From: Actinomycetota bacterium
GTDB lineage: Bacteria; Actinomycetota; UBA4738; CALAEC01
DNA length: 35,384 nt
Assembly: GCA_036833435.1 (NCBI GenBank)
Contig: DAITPV010000002.1
Location: 1 to 35,384, forward strand
Reading direction: 5' to 3'
Shown here: positions 8,654-18,012 of the stretch, in pieces
Layout of the letters: each line of letters starts with the position of its first letter
How positions within the stretch are numbered: position 1 is the stretch's first letter
Position numbers and translations under genes: made by a program
Notes under the pieces: generated by a model
Databases searched by the model: none
Seen by the model: the letters and a program-made list of their open reading frames with translations, nothing else
What the model was told of the DNA's origin: nothing

Positions 8654-10128
8654 GACAGATGCACGATCATCAGGATGACCGTCCCGAGCTCGGCTTCATC
8701 GGCTGGGGGTCCGGCGTTCATCCCCACGTACAGAACGTCGCCGGAGGGGTCAACGGCAACGTCGAAGGAGCCGCCGAACAGGCGGAGACCGAGGGTTTCC
8801 TCCACGGGCGGGTTCAGCTCGGTGACCACGGTCTGCTCCCCGCTGGTGGTGTCCACGCTGATCAACGGGGTCCCTTGCTCCCAGCTTCCCCCGGGGATCG
8901 CCGGAACATAGAAGAGGCGGGTTCCGTCGGAGTGAAGGGCGACGGATGGCGTGTACCCACGAGCCGTCCCGAGCGTGCGGACGTCTCCCGAAGGCTCCAG
9001 GGCGAACAGCACGTCGTCGATGGTCGCTCCATACACGGTCCCGTCCGGCGCCGGGCGGGTGGAGGATCGGAGCCACTCGCCGGGGATCGGGTCCGGGTGC
9101 GTGCTCACCTCGTTCGTGTCGGGGTCGTAGACCGCCAGCCTCCCTCCCCCGATGGAGTAGTAGGCGCGACCCTCCCGGTCCACCGCCACGTTCCGGAACC
9201 CGATGGGGCTCGGCTCGTCGGTCCGGAATCGGACCTCGAGGTCCTGGGTGTCGTACACGAAGAAATCCCCGCGGGTCTCGTCCGCGGGGATCGCCGCTTC
9301 GCCGTACAGCAGGCCTCCATCCTGCCAGCCCGTCAGCGAGGGGACCCCGCGCTCCTCCACGGGAACCCCCAGGTTGGCGATGGTCCGGACCTCGGGATCC
9401 AGCCGGAACAGGAGGTCTCCGCGATAGGACGGACCGTACGTGAGCCCATCTCGATCGCCCCAGTAGGTACTGAAGTAGACCTCTCCGCAGGACCCGGGGA
9501 CCATCTGCCCGTGGACCTTCCCGTATCCCCAGTCCCCGGCCCGGTGATCGGTGAACGACAGGACGTCCGCGATGGTGGTCAGGGTTCCCGACGCCGGTTC
9601 GTACTCGTACAGGTAGGCGTTGCCGTCGGGACCAAGATGGTCGCCGATGGCCGACAGGAATCGCCCGTCGGGGAGCACCAGGCCCTGGCCCCATTGCGTC
9701 CAGGGATTCCCCGCATAGTCGGGGTGGGGGTAGACGACCGCCTCGATCCGAGGACGGCCCGACCCGCCTTCATCGAGGACCACGGCCTCGGCTTCGGCGC
9801 CGTTGAGCCACGGTCGCTCTTCGGCCGGCGCGGACTGGCAGGCCTCCGCTGCGCCTACGGCGGCACCGGTCCCGCCGGCGGTCGTTCCGGGGGGATCGCC
9901 CCGGGCGGTGCAGGCAAGCAGGACCGTGGAAAGGGCCAACGCGCTGATGGTTGTTCTGTTGACGGCGGGCCTCCCGTCGAGGGCTACAAGGCCCCAGGGT
10001 ACCGCCGGGCCGGCAAGGAGTCCGGCCGTGCGTGCTACGCTCCCGCCGCCGGACCGAGGGGGGAACCATGCGGAGGGTCGTTGTCGTGGGCGTCGCTTCG
10101 GCGATCGCCTTGGTGGCATGTGCACCAC
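8650..10128 (-). CDS. secreted/lipoprotein beta-propeller-like protein, function unknown (start uncertain)
   Basis: 492-aa ORF. A hydrophobic segment plus Cys (ALALSTVLLAC) suggests a lipoprotein signal about 60 aa in, but the only canonical in-frame starts upstream of it are at 10128 and 10119. The stop overlaps the CRTAC1-like ATG (ATGA). Confidence 0.6.
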   Translation of the reverse strand: MVHMPPRRSPKRRPRQRPSAWFPPRSGGGSVARTAGLLAGPAVPWGLVALDGRPAVNRTTISALALSTVLLACTARGDPPGTTAGGTGAAVGAAEACQSAPAEERPWLNGAEAEAVVLDEGGSGRPRIEAVVYPHPDYAGNPWTQWGQGLVLPDGRFLSAIGDHLGPDGNAYLYEYEPASGTLTTIADVLSFTDHRAGDWGYGKVHGQMVPGSCGEVYFSTYWGDRDGLTYGPSYRGDLLFRLDPEVRTIANLGVPVEERGVPSLTGWQDGGLLYGEAAIPADETRGDFFVYDTQDLEVRFRTDEPSPIGFRNVAVDREGRAYYSIGGGRLAVYDPDTNEVSTHPDPIPGEWLRSSTRPAPDGTVYGATIDDVLFALEPSGDVRTLGTARGYTPSVALHSDGTRLFYVPAIPGGSWEQGTPLISVDTTSGEQTVVTELNPPVEETLGLRLFGGSFDVAVDPSGDVLYVGMNAGPPADEAELGTVILMIVHLS

Positions 10129-10955
10129 AGGAGGAACAGCAGGCGGGCGGGGGCGGCCAGACCCCCGCTGCCGACCAGTGCCAGAAGGAGAGCCTGAACC
10201 TCGTCGAGCCGGGACAGCTCACCATCGCCACCGACAACCCGGCCTTCCCCCCGTGGTTCGAGGGCGGGACCGGCGACGACTCTCCCTGGGAGATCAACGA
10301 CCCCACGACCGGCGAGGGGTTCGAGAGCGCAACGGCATATGCGGTTGCCGAAGAGCTCGGATTCACCGGGGACGAGGTGGAGTGGGTCGAGGTCCCGTTC
10401 AACCAGTCCTTCAGGCCGGGCCCCAAAGACTTCGACTTCGACATCAACCAGATCTCCTACGGAGCGCGACGCGACCAGGCCGTGGACTTCAGCGAGAGCT
10501 ACTACGACGTGAATCAGGCCCTCGTGTCCGTGGAGGGCAGCCCGATCGCCGACGCCACGACGCTCGCCGAGCTTCAGGACGCCAAGCTCGGTGCGCCGAT
10601 CGCCACCACGAGCTACGACTACATCGTCAACAACATCCAGCCGACCGAGGATCCCGGCGTCTACGACACGCTGAACGACGCCATCAGCGCGCTGGAGAAC
10701 GGCCAGGTGGACGGGATCGTGGTGGACCTTCCAACCGCGTTCTTCATCGTCGCCGTGCAAGTGAAGGACGGCGTGACGGTTGGTCAGTTCCCCACGGTGG
10801 GCGCCCAGGAGTACTTCGGGCTGCTGTTCGAGGACGGGAACCCGCTGGTCGAGTGCGTCAACCAGGCCATCCAGGCCATCAAGGCCGACGGAACCCTGGC
10901 CGCCATCCAACAGGAGTGGCTGGCGGACAAGACCGACGCCCCGGTCCTCGAGTAG
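10068..10955 (+). CDS. amino-acid ABC transporter substrate-binding lipoprotein (SBP family 3)
   Basis: ATG at 10068 preceded by GAGGGGGG. Lipobox ALVACAP. The body matches polar amino-acid binding proteins (LTIATDNPAFPPW..., DFDINQISY..., GQVDGIVVDLPTA). Confidence 0.85.
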   Translation: MRRVVVVGVASAIALVACAPQEEQQAGGGGQTPAADQCQKESLNLVEPGQLTIATDNPAFPPWFEGGTGDDSPWEINDPTTGEGFESATAYAVAEELGFTGDEVEWVEVPFNQSFRPGPKDFDFDINQISYGARRDQAVDFSESYYDVNQALVSVEGSPIADATTLAELQDAKLGAPIATTSYDYIVNNIQPTEDPGVYDTLNDAISALENGQVDGIVVDLPTAFFIVAVQVKDGVTVGQFPTVGAQEYFGLLFEDGNPLVECVNQAIQAIKADGTLAAIQQEWLADKTDAPVLE

Positions 10956-10965
10956 CGCCGGGCGC

Positions 10966-11859
10966 GTGAGCGCGGTCGGCGGCCCTCCTTCGGCTCCCGA
11001 TCACATGCCGGACGACGTCCTCCTCGGCGATCGCCGGTCCAGGATCCTCGGCGGCGGCGGGGCCGAGGGGGCTCGTGGGGTGGCCATCGCCCTGGTGAGC
11101 ACGGTGGTGTTCTTCACGCTCCTCATCCTCCTGGTGATCAACTCGCCCGGGTGGCCGGAGGTCAAGCAGGCGTTCTTCAACGTGGAGCTGTTCGCCGAGT
11201 CGTTCCCCACGATCGCCAAGAAGTTCCTCATCAACGTGCTGGTGTTCTGCGTGGCCGAGGTGTTCATCCTGGTGTTGGCCCTGTTCGTCGCGGTGCTCCG
11301 GAGCCTTCCGGGTCCGGTGTTCTTCCCCATCCGCCTGCTGGCCATCATCTACACCGACCTGTTCCGAGGGATCCCCACGATCCTGGTGATCTACATCTTG
11401 GGGTTCGGGGCCCCGGCGCTCCAGCTGCAGGGCGTCCCCATCTCCCCGCTGTTCTGGGGGATCGTGGCCCTCGTCCTGGTGTACTCGGCGTACGTGGCCG
11501 AGGTGTACCGGGCTGGCATCGAGTCCGTCCACCCCAGTCAGGTCGCCGCGGCCCGGTCGCTCGGCCTCTCGCGATGGAAGACGCTTCGATTCGTGATCCT
11601 TCCCCAGGCCGTTCGCCGGGTGATTCCCCCTCTGCTCAACGACTTCATCGGGCTCCAGAAGGACTCGGCGCTGCTGGCACTCATCGGCGTCCTGGAGACC
11701 TTCCGGCAGTCGCAGGTCGACGTGGCCGGCTCGTTCAACTACACGCCGTACCTGGCCACCGCGCTGTTGTTCGTGCTGTTCACCATCCCGCTGGCCCGGC
11801 TCACCGACTGGCTGGTGGCCCGGGAACGAACCCGGCGTCAGGCGGGGGCGGCGGTGTGA
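10966..11859 (+). CDS. amino-acid ABC transporter permease (His/Glu/Gln/Arg/opine family)
   Basis: Track ORF trimmed to the first start after the SBP stop (GTG 10966; ATG 11005 is an alternative). EAA-type loop AARSLGLSRWKTLRFVILPQA and multiple TM helices. Confidence 0.85.
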   Translation: MSAVGGPPSAPDHMPDDVLLGDRRSRILGGGGAEGARGVAIALVSTVVFFTLLILLVINSPGWPEVKQAFFNVELFAESFPTIAKKFLINVLVFCVAEVFILVLALFVAVLRSLPGPVFFPIRLLAIIYTDLFRGIPTILVIYILGFGAPALQLQGVPISPLFWGIVALVLVYSAYVAEVYRAGIESVHPSQVAAARSLGLSRWKTLRFVILPQAVRRVIPPLLNDFIGLQKDSALLALIGVLETFRQSQVDVAGSFNYTPYLATALLFVLFTIPLARLTDWLVARERTRRQAGAAV

Positions 11860-12602
11860 GCGAGGCCCTTCGGTGCGAGGCCATCCACAAGTCGTTCGGA
11901 CCCCTCGAGGTCCTTCGCGGCGTGGACCTGACCCTCCAGCCGCACGAGGTGGTGGCGCTGATCGGGGCATCGGGGTCCGGCAAGTCCACCCTTCTGCGGT
12001 GCATCAACCTCCTCGAGCGGATCGATGAGGGGCGGATCGTCCTGAACGGCCAGGACATCACCGCACCGGCTGTCGACGTCAACCTGGTGCGCCGGCAGGT
12101 CGGCATTGTGTTCCAGGCGTTCAACCTGTTCCCCCACATGGACGTCCTTCGCAACGTCTCCCTGGGCCCCGTGGAGGCGCTGGGTCAGCCCCGACGGGAT
12201 GCGGAGGAACAGACCCGGGTCCTCCTGGCCCGATTCGGGCTGGCCGACAAGGAACGCGAGTATCCCGACCGGCTCTCGGGTGGGCAGCAGCAACGGGTGG
12301 CCATCGTCCGAGCGCTGGCCATGCGCCCTGACCTCATGCTCCTCGACGAGGTCACCAGCGCGCTCGACCCCGAGCTGATCGCAGAGGTCCTGGAGGTGAT
12401 CCGGGAGCTGGCCACGACGGGGATGACCATGATCCTGGCCACTCACGAGATGGGGTTCGCCCGCGACATCGCCGATCGGGTGTGCTTCCTGGATCGGGGG
12501 GTGATCCTGGAGGAGGGACCTCCGGCCCGGATGTTCTCCCAGCCACGCGAGCCGAGGACCCGGCAGTTCCTTCAGCGGATCATCGACGCGGGCCGGCTGT
12601 AG
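11856..12602 (+). CDS. amino-acid ABC transporter ATP-binding protein (GlnQ-like)
   Basis: GTG at 11856 overlaps the permease stop (GTGA). Walker A GASGSGKST, signature LSGGQQQR, Walker B LMLLDE. Confidence 0.9.
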   Translation: MSEALRCEAIHKSFGPLEVLRGVDLTLQPHEVVALIGASGSGKSTLLRCINLLERIDEGRIVLNGQDITAPAVDVNLVRRQVGIVFQAFNLFPHMDVLRNVSLGPVEALGQPRRDAEEQTRVLLARFGLADKEREYPDRLSGGQQQRVAIVRALAMRPDLMLLDEVTSALDPELIAEVLEVIRELATTGMTMILATHEMGFARDIADRVCFLDRGVILEEGPPARMFSQPREPRTRQFLQRIIDAGRL

Positions 12603-13211
12603 TCAGGGACGGTCGATGGCGTAGACGCCGAGGATGGCGTCCTTGCGGACCTGGAGGAACGTTTCCTTGGCCACACCTGACCCATCACCGGAGGTGATCG
12701 TGGCGTCGGTCACCGGGACGAACGATCGCGAGGACTGCATCACGGTGTCCCATGCATCCGAGAACCTGCCCCGGCGCCCGGGAACGTAGATGGTCCCTTC
12801 CACCGAGTAGCCCGCCAGGAGGATGGCCACCTTCACGGCCACCTGGGCGTCCCGGATGGCCCCTCGGACTGCGTGCACCAGCTGGTTGGGCAGGAATGGC
12901 TTCCGGAGCACCGGGCAGCCGAGGTCGGCGGCCTTCTCCTCGAGGGTGTCGTCCGGCATCCCGGTCATCACCACCACCGGGAGATGGGCGAACCGGCCGT
13001 CCTCCCGGATCCGGGCGATGAGGCTCCAGCCATCCTCCTGGGTCCGGAGGGCCAGGTCGACCAGGGCGCTGTCGGGGACCTCCTCGTTGAGGAGCCGCAG
13101 GGCCTCCTGGGACTCCTGGGCCTCGATCACCGTGTACCCCTCGATGGCCAGCCGCTGCCGGATCATCCACAGGACGCTGATATCGTCGTCGACCACCAGT
13201 ACCTTGGGCAT
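12603..13211 (-). CDS. response regulator: receiver domain plus uncharacterised ~85-aa C-terminal domain
   Basis: The 577-aa track ORF was trimmed to the ATG at 13209-13211 (GGAG SD upstream). The rest of that ORF is antisense to the saccharopine-DH gene. The receiver has VLVVDDD...D(L)...T...KP motifs. No histidine kinase is adjacent. Confidence 0.8.
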   Translation of the reverse strand: MPKVLVVDDDISVLWMIRQRLAIEGYTVIEAQESQEALRLLNEEVPDSALVDLALRTQEDGWSLIARIREDGRFAHLPVVVMTGMPDDTLEEKAADLGCPVLRKPFLPNQLVHAVRGAIRDAQVAVKVAILLAGYSVEGTIYVPGRRGRFSDAWDTVMQSSRSFVPVTDATITSGDGSGVAKETFLQVRKDAILGVYAIDRP

Positions 13212-13286
13212 GCTCAGCTCCGAATCGTCCCTAGATAGGTCGGTCACTTCGGTACCTTCCTGTAGTTCCGGTCGGCCGACTCCCGT

Positions 13287-14453
13287 ATGCTCGCCCGCAT
13301 GCGGATCGCGGTGCTGGGGGCGGGCGCGATGGGGTCCGCGGCGGCTCGGCTCCTGGCCCGTCACGACGACGTTGAGCTCCTGGTCCTGGACACCGACCTC
13401 GAACGGGCCGAGCGCACCGTGGCCGCGGCGGGACGCGGCGAGGGCCGGGGGGTGGACGTGGCCGGGGGCGGCCTGGCCGACGCGCTGCGAGGGTCCCAGG
13501 CGCTGGCCTCCTGTGTCCCCTACCGGCTCAACCTCCAGGTCATGGAAGGGGCGGTCGAGGCCCGGGTGCCGTACGCCGACCTCGGTGGCCTGTACCACAC
13601 GACCCTCCGCCAGCTCGAGCTCGACGAACGCTTCCGGAGCGCAGAGGTCCCCGCGATCCTGGGCATCGGGTGCTGTCCGGGAACCTCCAACGTGCTGGCC
13701 CGCCTGGCCGCCGATCGCCTGGACGAGGTGCACACCATCGACATCTTCGACGGGGCCGCGGAGCCCGATTCCGGGTTCGGGGTCCCCTATTCCGCAGAGA
13801 CCATCCTGGACGAGTTCACCTTCCCCGCCGTGGTGTTCGAGGGAGGAGAGCTGAAGGAGGTCCCCGCGGGATCGGGAGCGATCCCCTACCGGTTCCCCGA
13901 GCCCGTCGGAGAGCAGGAGGCCGTGTACACCCTCCACTCGGAGATCGCCACCCTCCCTCGCACGATCCCCGGGGTCCGGGACGTCCGGTGGCGGCTGGCC
14001 CTGCCGCCCAACATCGCCGGGGGGTTCCGGACGCTCGCGGAGCTGGGGCTCGCCTCCGAGGATCCGGTGGACACGCCATCCGGTCCGGTGATCCCCCGGG
14101 ACGTGCTCCGGACGGTCCTGAGCCGCGTTCCGCCCTCCGAGGGACCTCCTGAGGACACCGAGGCCCTGGTGGTCGAGGCCACCGGGCCGCTGCGTGGCAG
14201 GCCGGCGGCGTTCGTGGGGACGGTGCTCCTCCGTCCCACGCCGGAAGGGATCGACGCGGGAGCGTTCGGCACCGCCATCCCCATCGCCACGGCGGCTCGG
14301 TGGCTTGCCGAGGGACGCGTCCCGCCGGGAGTGCATCCGCCGGAGACCGCGCTGCCCGCCACCGAGTTCCTGGCCGCCCTCGCCGAGGAGGGCGCCGAGG
14401 TCACCGTGTCCGTTTCCGAGTCCCTGGGCCCGGCCCAGGACGGCTCGGCCTGA
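13287..14453 (+). CDS. saccharopine dehydrogenase-family NAD(P)-binding oxidoreductase
   Basis: N-terminal Rossmann motif RIAVLGAGAMGSAAA, followed by CCPGTSNVLA, which is typical of Sacchrp_dh proteins. Start is ATG 13287 or 13299. Confidence 0.75.
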   Translation: MLARMRIAVLGAGAMGSAAARLLARHDDVELLVLDTDLERAERTVAAAGRGEGRGVDVAGGGLADALRGSQALASCVPYRLNLQVMEGAVEARVPYADLGGLYHTTLRQLELDERFRSAEVPAILGIGCCPGTSNVLARLAADRLDEVHTIDIFDGAAEPDSGFGVPYSAETILDEFTFPAVVFEGGELKEVPAGSGAIPYRFPEPVGEQEAVYTLHSEIATLPRTIPGVRDVRWRLALPPNIAGGFRTLAELGLASEDPVDTPSGPVIPRDVLRTVLSRVPPSEGPPEDTEALVVEATGPLRGRPAAFVGTVLLRPTPEGIDAGAFGTAIPIATAARWLAEGRVPPGVHPPETALPATEFLAALAEEGAEVTVSVSESLGPAQDGSA

Positions 14454-14462
14454 GAGGATCCC

Positions 14463-15434
14463 CTACCGCCGGGGGGCGTCCCTCGCTGCGCCGGCCGACC
14501 GGACCACCGCCTCGCAGCTGGGGTCGACGATCTCGCCGTTCAGGCAGCGGTCGTTTCCCGCCTCACCGACCAGGTTGTCGCCCCCGCTGTCCTCCGCTCC
14601 CTCTCCGCCGTCGAGCAGGTCGTCGCCGTTCCCGGCGAGGAGATCGTCATCGCCATCTTCCCCGGACAGCTCATCGTTCCCGTCGCCGCCGAAGAGCCCG
14701 AACGTCGGGGCTCCCAGCGGACAGCCGGTGAAGTTCGAGTCACAGTCGTCGCCTCCGCGGCCGAACAGACGGTTGGCGTTGGCGTCTCCGGTGAGCTTGT
14801 CGGCGAACTCCGTGCCGTCGAGGTCCTCGATGGCCTTGAGCGAGTCGGCTCCCTCACCGGTTGCCGAACCCGCCGCCAGCGAGGCGTCCACACCCGTGGC
14901 CGACTGGAAGAACGATGCCAGGTCGAACCCATCGCCTCCGTCGTAGGTGTCGTTCCCCACGCCCCCGATGAGCGTGTCGTTCCCACTTCCCCCGAACATC
15001 CGGTCGTCCCCGGCGCGGGGATCGAAGGTGTCGTTGCCGCTCCCACCGATCAGCAGGTCGTTGCCGACCTGGTCGAAGAGCTTGTCGTCTCCCGGGCCGC
15101 CGAGGATCGTGTCGTTCCCGCCGCCCCCGGTGTGCACGTCGTTCCCGGGGCCGCCGGCCATCCGGTCGTTCTTGCCCTGGCCCCGGAGCGTGTCGTTCCC
15201 GGCGTTGCCACAGACGCGATCCTTCCCGCCTCGGCCGACGACCACGTCGTTCCCGCCGAGCCCGGAGATGGAGTCGTTCCCGGAGCTTCCTCGCACGATG
15301 TTCTTGCCGTTGGTCCCCACGTAGTCGGCGACCTTGCCGAAACACCGGGGGGCGGCCTGAGCGGCAGGTACCGCCAGCGCCAGCAGCACCCCCACGGCCG
15401 TTCCCAGCACCACGATCCGAGCAGCCTTAAGCAT
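14463..15434 (-). CDS. secreted calcium-binding protein with hemolysin-type (RTX-like GGxGxD) repeats
   Basis: Track ORF trimmed to the ATG at 15432-15434 (AAAGGAG SD). Sec signal ...AVPAAQAAP. Many GGxGNDxL/GxGNDT nonapeptide-like repeats. Confidence 0.8.
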   Translation of the reverse strand: MLKAARIVVLGTAVGVLLALAVPAAQAAPRCFGKVADYVGTNGKNIVRGSSGNDSISGLGGNDVVVGRGGKDRVCGNAGNDTLRGQGKNDRMAGGPGNDVHTGGGGNDTILGGPGDDKLFDQVGNDLLIGGSGNDTFDPRAGDDRMFGGSGNDTLIGGVGNDTYDGGDGFDLASFFQSATGVDASLAAGSATGEGADSLKAIEDLDGTEFADKLTGDANANRLFGRGGDDCDSNFTGCPLGAPTFGLFGGDGNDELSGEDGDDDLLAGNGDDLLDGGEGAEDSGGDNLVGEAGNDRCLNGEIVDPSCEAVVRSAGAARDAPRR

Positions 15435-15535
15435 GGTCGAACTCCTTTCGGGTGTGTCCCCTTTCCGCCGAGATGGACTATGACGGGAGCGAGTCCATCG
15501 GTCAATGCTGGGGCTCGCCCGTATAGGGTCCCCGC

Positions 15536-16639
15536 ATGGGTCGGACCGGCGAGGTGGCTCGCTACTTCCTCCGGCTGGGGGTCGTCGGCTTCGGCGGCCC
15601 ACCCGCCCACATCGCTGCGATGCACGACGACCTGGTCAGGAAACGGGGCTGGATCGACGAGGAGCGGTTCCTGGAAGTGGCTGGGGTCACCAACCTGGTC
15701 CCCGGGCCCAACTCCACCGAGGTGGCCATCCATCTCGGCTACCTGCGGTCCGGACCGCTTGGAGGGGTGGCCGCCGGCCTGGCCTTCATGGTCCCGGCCT
15801 TCCTGATGGTGCTGGCGCTCTCCTGGATCTACTTCGAGGCCGGCACGTTCCGGCTCCGTGACGACCTCCTCGCCGGGATCCAGGCGGTCGCCGTGGCCGC
15901 GATCCTGGCCGGAACCTGGCGGCTCCGAGCCGGGATCCTCGGGGGGTGGATGAAGCCGGTGCTGGCCGCGGCAGCGTTCGGGCTGACCCTGGCCTTCCCG
16001 GCCCTCACTCCCCTGGTGATCCTGGGGGCCGGGACCGCCGCTCTCCTGGCCGAGGTGGGCGCGGACCGGGTGGGTGCGTGGCTGATTCCTCCGGTGGCCG
16101 TGACGGCTGGCGGCGGGCTGGGCGGCCTGGCCCTGGTGTTCCTCCGGACCGGCCTGCTGCTGTTCGGCGGCGGGCTAGCCCTGGTCCCCCTCCTGGCCCC
16201 GGTGGTTGAAGCCCGGGGGTGGCTCACCGAGTCCCAGTTCCTCGACGGCATCGCCCTGGGGCAGGCCACCCCGGGCCCCGTGCTCATGACCGCGGCGTTC
16301 GTGGGGTTCGCCGTCGAGGGGTGGCTGGGGTCGGTGGTGGCCACGGCGGCGGTGTTCCTCCCGTCCTTCTTCGTGGTGCTGGTCGTGACCGGGCCGTTCC
16401 TCCGGAGGTTCAGGGAGCATCCCGGGGTGGCGGCCTTCGTCCGAGGGGTCACCGCCGGGGCGCTGGGTGCCGTGCTGGCCGCTGCGGTGGATCTGGGGCG
16501 GGTGGGGCTCGCCGGGCCCGTCCGCGTGGTGATCTTCGCGGGGGCCCTGGTGGCCATCCTGGCCCGCCTCCCGGTGGCCTGGGTGGTGCTGGCCGGGGCG
16601 GTCCTCGGCGCGGCGGCGGGGGCCGTGGGGCTGGCCTGA
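15536..16639 (+). CDS. chrA: chromate transporter ChrA family
   Basis: 367-aa polytopic ORF with N-terminal FLRLGVVGFGGPPAHIA and a second repeat GLLLFGGGLALVPLL (two CHR domains). A TATAGG hexamer lies 8 nt upstream of the ATG, so the mRNA may be leaderless. Confidence 0.85.
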   Translation: MGRTGEVARYFLRLGVVGFGGPPAHIAAMHDDLVRKRGWIDEERFLEVAGVTNLVPGPNSTEVAIHLGYLRSGPLGGVAAGLAFMVPAFLMVLALSWIYFEAGTFRLRDDLLAGIQAVAVAAILAGTWRLRAGILGGWMKPVLAAAAFGLTLAFPALTPLVILGAGTAALLAEVGADRVGAWLIPPVAVTAGGGLGGLALVFLRTGLLLFGGGLALVPLLAPVVEARGWLTESQFLDGIALGQATPGPVLMTAAFVGFAVEGWLGSVVATAAVFLPSFFVVLVVTGPFLRRFREHPGVAAFVRGVTAGALGAVLAAAVDLGRVGLAGPVRVVIFAGALVAILARLPVAWVVLAGAVLGAAAGAVGLA

Positions 16640-16665
16640 CGCTCGACCTGTGCCACCCTGTGCGG

Positions 16666-17994
16666 ATGCGAGCGCTCCCCACGCTGGCCGCGACACTCCT
16701 CCTGATGGGCCAGGCGCTTCCCGCCGACGCGGTGACGTGCTCGTTCGACGGCGGCGCGCACCGGGTGGCCATCCAGCTTGCGGGCACGTCCACGATCACC
16801 CGGGGAGGCGGCGGAGAGATCGTGGTGGACGGCACGGCATGCGGTTTGGCCACCACGTCGAACACCGACGTGGTCGCGGTCACGGGGACCACGGGCAGCG
16901 GGGACATGCTCGTCGTCGACGTGGGCCAGGGGCAATTCGAGCCGGGAGCGACGGCCGAGGCCCAGGGCACCTCGGATATCGAGTTCGAGGTCACGCTGGA
17001 GGGCGACGGCGGCGACTCGGTGGCGTTCAGCGGCGGCCAGAACGACGACGCGCTGGTGATCGGCGACGCCGGCACCCTGCTCAATGGCGACCCGGACGTG
17101 GACGTCACGTTCACCGGGGTCGGAGGGGCCGGGCTCCGGGGCCAGGGCGGCAACGACGTCCTGGTGGGCACGGGGGGGCAAGACGCCGGAGGGCCGACCC
17201 CATTGCCGCTCGAGATCCAGGGAGGCGATGGAGGCGACCTGCTGACCGGCGGATCTGGAGACGACCGACTGGCGGGGGGTTCGGGAGAGGACACCCTCGA
17301 CGGGCAGGCGGGCTCGGATCACCTCGACGGCCAGGAGGACCGCGACACCGTGAGCTACGCAGTATCTCCGGAGAAGCAGCGAGTGAAGCTGTGGGCCGGC
17401 GAGGCAACGGGATGGGGCACGGATGCGGTGCTTCGCTTCGAGAACGTGGTGGGCTCCCCGAACGGCGACCGGATCGAGGGCGACAACCAGGAGAATCGGA
17501 TCTTCGGAGGGGCGGGCCGCGACCGGATCACCGGCGTGGAGGGCGACGACGACCTGCTCGGAGGCAACGGCAAGGACTTCTTCAAGGCCGGCACGGGGGA
17601 CGACACGGTGATCGGTGGCCTGGGGGTGGACACCTACACGCTCCGGTCGTCCCGGGTCCCGGTGCAGATCAACCTGAAGAAGCACACGGCGCTGGGCCAG
17701 GGCACCGATCTGGTCCTCGAATGCGAGAACGGGGTCGGAGGCCGGAGCGACGACCGGGTGACCGGAACCGGAGGACGGAACCACCGGTTGGTCGGGGGCA
17801 AGGGGCGGGACGTCGTTCGCGGTCTCGGGGGCCCAGACCGCCTCCGTGGCGGCCATAGCGACGACGTGCTCGTCGGCGGAGCCGGAGAGGACGAGCTCCG
17901 AGGGACGGGAGGCGACGACAAGCTCTTCGGTGGCCCGGGGCACGACCTGTGTCTCCAGGGCGGCGGAACGGGCACCAAGAAGGGCTGCCCCTGA
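16666..17994 (+). CDS. secreted calcium-binding protein with hemolysin-type (RTX-like) repeats, paralogous in type to 14463-15434
   Basis: Track ORF trimmed to the ATG at 16666. Signal peptide MRALPTLAATLLLMGQALPADA. Repeats include GGxGxDxL (GGNDVLVG, GGDGGDLLTG, GGSGDDRLAG, GGAGRDRITG). Confidence 0.8.
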   Translation: MRALPTLAATLLLMGQALPADAVTCSFDGGAHRVAIQLAGTSTITRGGGGEIVVDGTACGLATTSNTDVVAVTGTTGSGDMLVVDVGQGQFEPGATAEAQGTSDIEFEVTLEGDGGDSVAFSGGQNDDALVIGDAGTLLNGDPDVDVTFTGVGGAGLRGQGGNDVLVGTGGQDAGGPTPLPLEIQGGDGGDLLTGGSGDDRLAGGSGEDTLDGQAGSDHLDGQEDRDTVSYAVSPEKQRVKLWAGEATGWGTDAVLRFENVVGSPNGDRIEGDNQENRIFGGAGRDRITGVEGDDDLLGGNGKDFFKAGTGDDTVIGGLGVDTYTLRSSRVPVQINLKKHTALGQGTDLVLECENGVGGRSDDRVTGTGGRNHRLVGGKGRDVVRGLGGPDRLRGGHSDDVLVGGAGEDELRGTGGDDKLFGGPGHDLCLQGGGTGTKKGCP

Positions 17995-18012
17995 ACGGCA
18001 CCCGGCCGCTGC

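Noticed and set aside
8659-10197. 512-aa plus-strand ORF opposite the beta-propeller gene; also 7562-8911 (+) opposite the CRTAC1-like gene and 33949-35175 (-) opposite the TMP
   Set aside because: All are Arg/Gly/Pro-rich antisense shadows of well-supported genes.
10780-10965. N-terminal extension of the permease ORF overlapping the SBP gene
   Set aside because: It overlaps the SBP coding region in another frame. The hydrophobic permease body starts after the SBP stop, and GTG 10966 or ATG 11005 are adequate starts.
13212-14336. N-terminal 375 aa of the 577-aa track ORF 12603-14336 (-)
   Set aside because: This part is antisense to the saccharopine-dehydrogenase-family gene and lacks any domain. 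The receiver domain begins at an internal ATG with an SD at 13211, so only 12603-13211 was kept.
14540-17900. Periodic DNA repeats (GGCAACGAC / GGCGACGAC-like) that might suggest a repeat array
   Set aside because: They are the coding repeats of the GGxGxD calcium-binding nonapeptides. They have irregular spacing and no spacer/repeat architecture. No CRISPR array was seen anywhere in the window.
15829-17943. 704-aa minus-strand ORF, the longest in this part of the window
   Set aside because: It is antisense to chrA and the RTX-like gene. The product is Arg/Pro/Ala/Ser-rich low complexity with no motifs. This is a typical shadow ORF of high-GC DNA, whereas the plus-strand genes have clear family signatures.
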